In this document: positions 42,021 through 52,324 of the stretch, one piece after another
How the letters are laid out: every line of letters starts with the position of its first letter
Position numbering within the stretch: position 1 is the first letter of the stretch
NCBI GenBank assembly: GCA_000320545.1
Contig: ADNK01003183.1
Location: 1-63,138, forward strand
DNA length: 63,138 nt
Direction: 5' to 3'
Source of the DNA: Bigelowiella natans CCMP2755
Lineage: Eukaryota > Protista > Cercozoa
The notes under the pieces: model-generated
Told to the model about the DNA's origin: nothing
What the model saw: only the letters and a program-made list of their open reading frames with translations
Databases searched by the model: none
Program-made: the position numbers and the translations under genes

Positions 42021-44234
42021 TCTGGGTGCATGCTGCCGCAATGGCGATGATGATTTCAAGCAGAGACAGAAAATGATTTTTGGCGAAGAAAATCATCAAT
42101 GAACATGCTCTCAACATTGACATCGTCTCTGCGCACATTCATCGCCCATTGCGGGCACTGAATGGAGGCCATGGGGCTCTAGTTGTGCATGTAGTGAGCA
42201 CATCTGTGGTCAGGTGCACGTGTGCGCTCGCCTGTTCATGTGTTGATGTTTCACATGTGCATGGCATTGCAAAAACTCACGTTTTCATTTGAATGTGTGT
42301 TGTGCTTTGTTGCGTTTGCAGAGCACTCATTGGTTTTCTGGGTTGATGCGTTTCTGGCACCCATCGCACACCTCATGAATCTCCTTTTTCGTTTTCTTGA
42401 CGAACGTGATCAGGTTGAGCCTCGAACAACTCGAAACCAAAAAAACCTGTTTGACACATGGACAATTGCAAGGTTGATTTTTGATTGTGAGTGCAGTGAA
42501 GCATGCCTTCAGTTTGGAACACTCTGCTTCCGACTTCAAAAACGTTCAAAGCAACGCCATCCGATTCGGATGTCATTGCACCCTTCACCGTGCAGTTCAG
42601 ACAACTTTGTCCTGAACTCTTTCCTCCAAAACTTTGATTGACGACGTTCGCTCTTTCCACTGAACAAACGTGTTCCGTGAGTTGCGAACGTGCTGGCACG
42701 TTCGCAACACAACTTGTTGAACACCACTTTTGCATTGTGAATTGAAGTGAGGTTTTGAGTTGGAACTGGCTAGCTGGACCTCAAGGTTGTGTTTTCAACC
42801 ACACGTTGCTTGAAGTGCCGACGATGTGTTTTTTGCAAAACGTGTCAAAGAAAAAGGTGCGAATGCGCACCGAAAAATTGATCACAAAACTTTGATTTTT
42901 CGGTCGGTGACGACTTTCGCAATTTCACCGCAACCACAGATGTGAGAGGAAATCACTCACTTGGCGCCTTGCAAGAGGGTGCTCTGGAGCATCGTGGGCT
43001 CCGCAGCACACTTCAGAAACGTTCGATTGTGCACGCCCAACTGCGCTCACTCACGAACCTCATCGTGCCAAAGCAAGGGTGCGGTGAGTTCAACTGGGAA
43101 CGTGAGGGGTTCAGTTTTGCGGAGTGTTCAGAACGTGAGACGGGGTTCGGGTGACAGACTTGCACTTTCAATTGGAACTCGCAGCTAGCATTGTTCACGT
43201 CACTGACCACACCACGTTTGTGTCACCTCTCAGGAAAGTGCACTGTTTTGGACTCTGTCTGGTGCCTCTCTCGCACGACAAATCCGAACAACTGTTGGCA
43301 GCTGCACGTCAAACAGCCCACCGAAGCAGGCAAGCGGGCCAAACGGAAGGTGTTGGAGTGCTTTGCACTCAGCGCGCGAAGTGCATGCTTGTGGCAGCAG
43401 CAGCAACGCCAGCGGGCGTTTGCAGGCTGCGACAAGCAGTGAGCAACAGGCTGCCAGTGCAGGCGAGTTCTGTGCCTGCGACAAGGGCAGCACAGCGCTG
43501 CAGCTGCTTTGTGTCAGCAAAGGAAGTGGGCGCATCTTCCTTCCTTTCTGCAGCACGATGTCGTGCACGCAGTTCAGGTGTTTTCTCCTGATTAGCTTGA
43601 CGATGCCTGACTTGTGCTGCGCATGCACGTGTGCAAAAGGTCAAACATCGTCACAGAATTGAGACATCCAACTGTCCCATTGTGCCCTCTCTGGCTCTCC
43701 AGCTCTGCTGCCGCCACTTGTGCAAGCTGATCTCCCCTCCCCAAGTCAAACTTCCAACAGAAGAAGCACGACGTGCACGCGCTGAAGAACATCGAGCGCC
43801 GCCAAGTCGCGAACCAAAAAGTGTTGAACACACTTGCCGCGTCAGTGTTCTCCCCGGACGATGGGAAGGAAACGTTGGGTCTGAAACTTGGTGAGTGGGT
43901 TGAAAACAGCGCCATTGCAAGTGCAAGGTCCAATGAGCACGCCAAGGCGTCTCAACACAAGTCCAAACAAGGCATTTGACGTCACCTTCGCACACTTCAA
44001 CGTGTCAAACTTGAATTCTTCATCGTTGCTTTCATCGATGCGCCTGGAACGACTCATCGCAGTTTTCTTTGACCTTGCACGTTCGCAAATTGAAGCTGTG
44101 CTGCAGTGCACGTGAACATCGTAAATTGCAGCATCGCCATCTACACATCGCATCTACGAGCCAATTGCGCTGTGAAAGTTTGGAGTGGAATCCGCGCATG
44201 CCTGCCGGGATTCAATTTCCAATGGGCACCCACA
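41955..44234. other. Extremely TpA-depleted tract containing decayed ORF remnants
   Basis: Five TA dinucleotides counted in 41955-44120 (three CTAG, one GTAG, one TTAG). Confidence 0.85.
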
Positions 44235-44560
44235 TGTAGCGCGTACCACTACGCGGGCACAAGTCACGTGCGACAACAAAGGGGTTGTCGCGGATATAGA
44301 ATATAGATAACGTAGATATTAATACAGCATAGGCACGTGGGTTCCGGCGGGACTCATGGCAGCACACCGGAAGTGTGCTGCCCCACGTGCGGCGGCATTC
44401 GCGAAAGCTTCGCGAATGATTACGCAGTGCACGATTTAATAAAAATATAATCTTTAATAAAAATAAACACAACTCTTCAAAAGGAAGCAAACGTGCCTTT
44501 CCCCCCCCCTGCCTACTTGTGCACGTAGCGCCTCGGCCTGTGAACACCTTACGCGCAACA
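44235..44560 (+). repeat. 5' LTR
   Basis: TGTAGCGCGTA...TACGCGCAACA; identical by eye to 49621-49946; contains AATAAA motifs. Confidence 0.95.
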
Positions 44561-44565
44561 ACCTT

Positions 44566-44588
44566 TGGCTTCCACACACGGGAAACGA
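44566..44588 (+). promoter_or_regulatory. Candidate tRNA primer-binding site
   Basis: TGGCTTCCACACACGGGAAACGA starts 5 nt after the LTR. Its reverse complement ends in CCA and loosely resembles a tRNA-Glu 3' end (identity tentative). Confidence 0.6.
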
Positions 44589-44599
44589 TTTGACTAACA

Positions 44600-46018
44600 A
44601 TGTCACAGCAGCTAGAAGAACAGCAGGACTTTGGCTCGCAGGCCGTGCAAGGGCACGAGCAGAAACAGGAAAGGAAGGGCGATACGGACGCTAAGGAAGG
44701 AGGAGGAACACCTCCACAGGCACCGCCGGGACCAGCACCCGGGATTAAGAAAGCAGATGCAGCAGCAGAGGCACTGGAGAACTTCTACGAGGCGGACGAC
44801 GAGGACGTGGCCGCCGAAAGCAAGAAGGTCGTAATGGCATTACGAGCCTTGCGACCCAGGGCGAGCAACTACGCCAAACTGAAAGTATCGATAGAATACA
44901 AGTATCAGACACATGATGTTTGGGCAGCTATCATGCAGGACATCATGGATTACGAAGCAGACTTACCTCCAGAGTGGGCAGCTTTGTTTAGGAACGACGG
45001 GGGTCTGGGCGCCTCGCGGGGGACGACCCAGAGCACCGTCAAGCAGCAGCAGCCGGTACAGCGGAACACCCAGTTCATGTCTGTTAAAACAGCACCGGTT
45101 ATGATAACGAAATACAACGGGAAAAGAGGTGAGGCAAGGAGGTGGTGGAAGAACGCTAGGAGTATACTCTGCGACTTTACCCCTAACCCCACCGAAAACG
45201 ACAAGCTCAAATGGCTAGCTATAATAAAGCAAGCCATGGACCTTTACGAGACAGGCAGGACCCGGATCAGGCAGCTAGAGAAAATACACACTACAGTTAG
45301 TGGGCTACGAGACGTTGAGGCGATAATGAAGGCTTTTGTAAATGAACAGGATGCTAACTCCCTACCCCAGGCTATTAGAAAATACAGAGCAATGATGCAG
45401 CATGAGAGAGAACCTGTTAGAGACTTTGCCACGCGCTTCCAGGATATGATCGACGAACTACATGATTTTAATTACAACACAGGTGATGATCAGGCAAGGT
45501 TTGAAGAGTTCAAGTTAAAGATAAAGGAATCCACTTACGTTACGGAGAAAGGCTACACCACGATGGAGGCAGCAGTGCAGGCTATATCCCTACGCGAGCA
45601 GGAGCAGGACCGCAAGTTTACCAGCCCTAAGGTACCTGGCATAGGAAACATTAACGCTATTAAGCCGCAGCGAGACTGGTACAAGGACAGGGAAGGTAAC
45701 CGACGTTGCGGATACTGCTCACGTAAAGGGAAACACACCGCTAAAGACTGCAGAGACAGGAAAGAAGGACGACCCAGGATGACGATCAGGCAGCTCAACG
45801 AACACTACGAGAAGTTAAAGAGAAAGAAAGGCAGAGGACAAGGATATAACAACAGCAAATGGCAAGGCAGCAACAACGGGAAGAACAATAAATATAAGAA
45901 CAAAAAGCAGAACAGTATCAATGCTATACAGCAGCAGATAAACGGAATATTAGATCACCTTAAGCAGGCGCCGACGAAGACAGCAGTACCAGCAACGCAG
46001 ACCAAGACAAGCCCATGA
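44600..46018 (+). CDS. gag: Gag (472 aa)
   Basis: Intact ORF with a capsid-like QHEREPVRDFATRF segment and a zinc knuckle CGYCSRKGKHTAKDC (CX2CX5HX4C). Confidence 0.9.
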   Translation: MSQQLEEQQDFGSQAVQGHEQKQERKGDTDAKEGGGTPPQAPPGPAPGIKKADAAAEALENFYEADDEDVAAESKKVVMALRALRPRASNYAKLKVSIEYKYQTHDVWAAIMQDIMDYEADLPPEWAALFRNDGGLGASRGTTQSTVKQQQPVQRNTQFMSVKTAPVMITKYNGKRGEARRWWKNARSILCDFTPNPTENDKLKWLAIIKQAMDLYETGRTRIRQLEKIHTTVSGLRDVEAIMKAFVNEQDANSLPQAIRKYRAMMQHEREPVRDFATRFQDMIDELHDFNYNTGDDQARFEEFKLKIKESTYVTEKGYTTMEAAVQAISLREQEQDRKFTSPKVPGIGNINAIKPQRDWYKDREGNRRCGYCSRKGKHTAKDCRDRKEGRPRMTIRQLNEHYEKLKRKKGRGQGYNNSKWQGSNNGKNNKYKNKKQNSINAIQQQINGILDHLKQAPTKTAVPATQTKTSP

Positions 46019-49000
46019 CCCTAGACGACATAAAGAACTTAGGAGTATGCAACATTAATGACGAAGACGCTAACAGGACTATCAAAGTTGCTATGACCAA
46101 GGTTAAAGTTAAAGACAGCTACGGAGACTACAAGAAACTACCTGCCCTTTGGGATAGTGGCAGCATGCCGAAGTCCTTCATAAGCCTAAGCACAGTAAGA
46201 AGGTTAGGACTATTGGATCAAGTGACTAAGAAAGAACGTAAATATGCTCAAGCAGACGGAAGCTCTTCCATGAAGACCGTCGGTGAGCTAATGCTAAAGC
46301 TACAGATACCTGGCAGCGACGCGGAGACCCAAATCAAGACCCGAGTAGCCATGACTTTATCCATGGAACTACTCCTCGGACAGGATGCCCTAGAAAAATT
46401 AGGGGGGATCATATCATTCTACAATCACAAGATATACTTTGCTAAGTTGCCAAAGAAGTCAGGCAGGACCATCAGCCAGAACATGATACGGCTTGACGAG
46501 TGGACCTCTGAGTCAAGCGTTAATGCGTTAGAGTTTATGGACCTAGCGGACAACAAGCTACCTACACCTACCGAGCTACGGAAGAAGAACCCCGGCAGAC
46601 CATCCGACAGATAACGGAGCTACTGGACAAGACCCCCCCAGCTGATGATTGGGATATCGACAAAGGCAAAAAGTACATTAATAAAATATTAAACGAGAAG
46701 TACTCTGACATCACCAAGCCGACGACGAAGCCCTCCAGCAAGCTTACCCCAGTAAAGATCGAGCTAAAGAAGGGATACGAAGAGTGCATCATCAATGACC
46801 CAGAACATAGGCGACCGGAAGCGGACTGGGAAAAGATAGAGTGGCAGATCAATGAATGGGCAAAGGAAGGGAAGATAGAGCCAAGCAACTCACCATGGAA
46901 CGTGAGACATGTGCTAGCTAAGAAACCTACTTACCCTTTCTTCCGCCTGGCGCACAACTTCATCCGCCACAACCGAGTAATAAAGAGGATCCAGACACCT
47001 ACACCAAGGATAGATGACGTTATTGAACACGTCATAGGATACAAATACTACTCTTCCCTAGATAAAAATGAATCATACATGCAGACACCCATCCACAAAA
47101 CCTCCCGCCCCATTACCGCGTTCTCCAGCAGGCACAGGAAGTGGCACTTCGTCGTATTCCCTTACGGCCTAAGCATATCAGGGGATGCGTTCAGTAGTCA
47201 GAACTACAGGGCATACACACATGATGGGATGGCGTCTGTGTTGTGGGTGTTTGTGTTTGTGTATGTGGATGATGACATAATATGTACCAACACAGTCGTC
47301 GCTCAGATCTTCCTCCTGGAAAATATATTTATTAGGTTTGCACACTTCGATTTTACTATTAGACTGCAGAAGTGTACATTCCTAGCTACAAGAATCAAGT
47401 GGTGTGGATATTACCTGGAGCAAGGCCGCATCACCCCAAACCCCGAGAAAGTAGCAGCACTACAGCAAGCCCCTAAACCTAAGAATGCAAAGGAGTTAAA
47501 GTCATTCTTGCAGACTCCAGCTTGGATACTACGTAGGTTCTCCCCTACCTACGCTAGGACTGCAGCTGCTTTTACTACTGCTTACCGGAAGGAGAACTCT
47601 GTAGGCCTCAGCTTCGCTAAGGTGTGGGCCAAGGCTGGCCTTGATGCCCACTTCGATAACCTAATAAAGTTATGCAGCAACACCCTATTGAATGCTAAGC
47701 TAGACACTACTAGACCAGCTACCCTATGGACAGACTGGTCTAAGCTAGGTATGGCTGCTGTACTTACCCAAGACCAGCAGATCATACGGGTGTGGGGCAG
47801 GGCTGCACAGCAGCTGAGGCCAAGTACAGCCCTACAAAAGGAGAGTATAAAGCCATGACTGAGGCGCAGAGGAAACTAAGATACTACTGCTGTCGGTGCC
47901 CAGCTTCACTTTAATGACTGACCACAAGCCCCTCCTAGGCATCGACCGCAAGCTCGAAGCGCCTAACGATGAGTATGCAGCTATGAGGGCGGACACGGAA
48001 GAGTTTAGGGACAAGAGGACAGTGGTCTACGCACCAGGAGACAAGCAGCTTGCTGACTATTTCAGCAGGCTGTTCGAAAAGAAAGTCCCTACCCAGGTCA
48101 CCCCTATGGTTAACGCGATTACCTTCGAGGACGGCGACTTCCTGCCTGAGCCAGAGGAGCTCCAGCACCTTCAAGAACACCTGGATAAATACAAACACAA
48201 GCATGAGGTACTTAGTGATAGGATATATGTATACACTAATAATGTTAGGCGTACCTACGTGCCACGGCGGACCAGGGGAGCCCTTCTCTTTACCGCCCAT
48301 GGACCTGCACACGTAGGAGAAAACCATATCACTGCTCTACTCTACCATTACTACTGGCCCTACAAGCTAAAAGAGATAAGGACATACCTGCGTGGCTGCA
48401 GGTGCTCCAGCTTGAAGGCGGCAGGCGTCGCCACCAAGGAGTCCAGCAAGAGCCGTGCATCTAAGAAAATCAAAGCAAGGAACTTCTTAGATATCGTGCA
48501 AATTGATGTTTATAAGTACGATGGCTATCACTACCTTACCTTCGTTGATGTGGCCACTGGAAAGTGCTGGGTTAAAAAGATTATCAAGGTCAACGTTGCT
48601 AAGAAGAACAAAGGCTTATATAAGCAGAGGCTTACTAACTGCTACCGTACCTGGGAGTCTGAGCTCCAGGCTATCCCTGATGAAGTTAGCATAAACAAGA
48701 TACCAAAGAAGTTACATGTGGATAATGAGACCTCTCTTCTACAGCTACCACACCCTAATATTGATGCCTCACCTGTATACTATGCCCAGTCCAACTCCAA
48801 GGTAGAGCGACTCCACCGCACCTTGGCCAACCTAAGCAGGATAAATAGCACCACACCAGACAAGATACAAGGGTTAGTAAACGACACCTTCACGTCTGGG
48901 GGAGGTATCAAGGATAAGGAGAGGGAAGAAGGCGACGACAACGACGACGATACCGAGAGCGAAGACGAGAAGGTCCCGTACGATGGCCGAGTTCTAAAGG

Positions 49001-49569
49001 AAGGACAGTATGTTAGGGCCAAGGTAAATCTGAGATCGAGAAATAAACAAGACCCCTTCTGGGGTGGCGTTGCAAAGGTTACCGAGAGGAAGGGGAGGAA
49101 GCAGTACTACATCTATGATGGGAACAGGGTCACCTTGCGCCACATCAGTCACCTAAAGAATTATGATATCGGTGAGAAGCTCCTAGAGGATGTTAAAGTA
49201 AACCCTACTGTGTGGGAGCGAGCAATGCCTTGTTTAGGACCCCGACCTAAGTTCGATGTGGAATATGGAAACAATAAGGTCAGGGTGAACGACGATTGGC
49301 GCATGAAGATTGTCTATCTAGGCTACCCTGGATTACGAAATATGGAGAGGGTAGCTATGAAAATAAAGGACGGAAAATATCAGCTACTCTACCTAGCTGT
49401 TCCCGACTTACCCTTTGAGCACTGGTATAAGGTCCTGGGGGACCTTGATGCAGAGGGCTGGTATGGACACGACACCTAAGGACGAAGGTGAGTTCTGGGT
49501 AAGCGACAAAGGAGATAAGGTTAGAGAGGAATCTATTACTGGTGGTTGGTGAAGTTCCGAAAGCGATGA
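46015..49569 (+). pseudogene. pol: Pol (protease, RT, RNase H, integrase, C-terminal MTase-like extension) interrupted by several frameshifts
   Basis: LWDSGS; SNSPWN, LDKNESYMQ, FPYGL, YVDD; WTDWS, TDHKPL; HGPAH...CRC, QIDV, HVDNE, SNSKVER. Frame changes near 46590, 47805-47895 and 49475-49530. Confidence 0.88.
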
Positions 49570-49612
49570 AGGTCTAAGGGAATAAGGAAGGAAGGAAGGA
49601 GCAACGTGACTT

Positions 49613-49620
49613 GGGGGAGG
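49613..49620 (+). promoter_or_regulatory. Polypurine tract
   Basis: GGGGGAGG immediately before the 3' LTR, with a longer purine-rich run just upstream. Confidence 0.75.
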
Positions 49621-49946
49621 TGTAGCGCGTACCACTACGCGGGCACAAGTCACGTGCGACAACAAAGGGGTTGTCGCGGATATAGAATATAGATAACGTA
49701 GATATTAATACAGCATAGGCACGTGGGTTCCGGCGGGACTCATGGCAGCACACCGGAAGTGTGCTGCCCCACGTGCGGCGGCATTCGCGAAAGCTTCGCG
49801 AATGATTACGCAGTGCACGATTTAATAAAAATATAATCTTTAATAAAAATAAACACAACTCTTCAAAAGGAAGCAAACGTGCCTTTCCCCCCCCCTGCCT
49901 ACTTGTGCACGTAGCGCCTCGGCCTGTGAACACCTTACGCGCAACA
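49621..49946 (+). repeat. 3' LTR
   Basis: Identical copy of 44235-44560. Confidence 0.95.
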
Positions 49947-50655
49947 GCGTGTGCACAAGCTCGAATGGCACCGGGTGCGTTTTCTTCTCTGCTTGGTCCT
50001 CGGACGCCCACCCCGACAAGACCATGCACAAACGGAAAGTCCATGCACGCAGGCATCCCAATTCCACATCGGATGAATCACAGGCAGGCTGCAGGCAAAC
50101 CCCAAAAATCACGATGGTGAGCCGCCTCTCCGAACGAGATCCGACACCCATTCGAAAACTCTTTGAGAATCCTTTCTTTCTTCGTCGCAGGGAAGTGATC
50201 ACCTGTGTTCCTTCTCCGCCAACATCGGTTCCGTTTGAACGGAGACGTTTTTGTTTTGTCAATGCGACAATCTTCATCGTGTGTCGTCTGGAACAATGTC
50301 GATGCTTGAGCAAGAAAATCACCAGCACTCAGATCCAGGATTGTCGCCAATGGCCCATCTCCCTCAGTTTCGTTCGAAAGACTTCGGAATGAATTCATCG
50401 CAGATCGAAAAATCTGGTGCAAAACATGCACGGCTGGAACGAGACATCTGTTGTGAAATCCACTCAAATTGCCAATTGTTGCAAGTCTTTCACGACAATT
50501 GCCAGCCCAAAGGCGACAAATGGGAATTTTGACACGGAAAAGATGAATCTCAAAGCTCTCGCAATCTTTCTTGCCCGCAAATACGCAACCGTCGTCCCCC
50601 CCACATTGCCATTGTCCACCCCCATCGTCACAGTGATTGCAGAAACAGTGAGACA

Positions 50656-52272
50656 ATGTCTGACATCTTCGAAGCAGCTAGGAACAACGATCTCGCTCGT
50701 CTGAAGTGTTTGATTGAGCAAAAGGCAAACATCGAGGCGAAGGACAACAACGGTGGGTAGCAGCTGCAGTGTTGCTAGCGGTTAGGCAGCATTTGCAGTG
50801 TTGGGTGGGTGATGGTAGTTGTTGTTGGTAGCAGTAGTGACATTGGTATTGATAATGGTTTTGAGTAGTGAGTACAAGGAGTATTAGTTGCATCAGCATT
50901 GAGTAGTGAGTAGCAGAGACTTGTAAACTGAGCATTGATATTAGTAGAGGTAGTAATATTAGTTTTACAATAAATAAATAAAAGTTAGTTTGAGGATGGT
51001 TGTTGATATTGCATGCATGTGTCATTGTTTTTGTGCGTCTAAAATGGGGTTGCATACCACCAGGTTGGACACCGTTGTATTTGGGTTCTTACAATGGCCA
51101 TTTGGAGACCGTCAAGTACCTGGTTGGTATGAAGGCAAACATCGAGGCGAAGACCAATGACGGTAGTTAGCAGCTGCAGTATTGCTAGCGGTTAGGCAGT
51201 ATTTGCAGTGTTGGGTGGGTGATGGTAGTTGTTGTTGGTAGCAGTAGTGACATTGGTGTTGATAATGGTTTTGAGTAGTGAGTACAAGGAGTATTAGTTG
51301 CATCAGTATTGAGTAGTGAGTAGCAGAGACTTGTAAACTGAGCATTGATATTAGTAGAGGTAGTAATATTAGTTTTACAATAAATAAATAAAAGTTAGTT
51401 TGAGGATGGTTGTTGATATTGCATGCATGTGTCATTGTTGTTTGTGCGTCTAAAATGGGGTTGCATACCACCAGGTTGGACACCGTTGTATTTGGGTTCT
51501 CAAAATGGCCATTTGGAGACCGTCAAGTACCTGGTTGGTATGAAGGCAAACATCGAGGCGAAGACCAATGACGGTAGGTAGCAGCTGCAGTATTGCTAGC
51601 GTTTAGGCAGTATTTGCAGTGTTGGGTGGATGATGGTAGTTGTTGTTGGTAGCAGTAGTGATATTGGTATTAGTAGTAGTTTTTAGTATTGAGTAGTGAC
51701 TAATAGAAATAGTAGTAGAGGTAGTAGATTTTGTTGTAGCAGAGGTAGTTCACAATGTTATTTCGGGTTGCTAGTAGTTTGTTTGAGTGTTTTTTGGTTA
51801 AAATTTTCGATGTTGTTGGGTTGATTTGTTGGCTAGTTGATTCTGATTGACACTACTGTTGTTGTGCTACGCAATCGTTTGTTTAATTTTTGTAATAGGC
51901 CAAACCGCATTGTACTGGGCTAACAAGGAACGTCATATCGATATCGTTCATTTTCTCCGCGATGATGAAGAGATTCAGAAAATTCGTGATGAGGTTGAGA
52001 AGAAGGCCAGGCAAGAAGCTGAGGAGGTTGAGAGGAGACGCAGAGAAGCTGAGAAGAAGGCAAAGCAAGAAGCCGAGGAGGTGGAGAGGAGTAGAAGTAG
52101 CCGTTTCATAAGCATATGATTATTTTTATTATCACACAAACACAAACACACAAGCGCTATCTCCTCCTGATGTATCTGAGCTCTACAAAGTTATTTGTAT
52201 TTGAATCATCGTATTTGTTCCGTTAAGACTCACACCCGCATAACTTATACAAATACATACATACACACACAT

Positions 52273-52324
<52 letters not shown>

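Larger units (their letters stand above)
44235..49946 (+). mobile_element. Ty3/Gypsy-type LTR retrotransposon, full length and young
   Basis: Identical 326-bp TG...CA LTRs, PBS-like and PPT elements, and gag followed by the PR-RT-RH-IN order. Confidence 0.95.

Noticed and set aside
41955-44120. CpG methylation-deamination as the source of the TG/CA excess
   Set aside because: CpG remains common in these tracts while TpA is the missing dinucleotide, and the repeat comparisons show TA versus TG/CA differences.
42080-44153. Dense overlapping Cys/His-rich ORFs in all six frames (also at 27-29 kb, 50 kb and 56.4-57.4 kb) suggesting metal-binding proteins
   Set aside because: Explained by loss of TAA/TAG stops and Tyr->Cys/His conversion in TpA-depleted DNA.
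44212-44577. Minus-strand 121-aa ORF also repeated at 49574-50056
   Set aside because: It is simply the LTR sequence read twice, with no protein motif.
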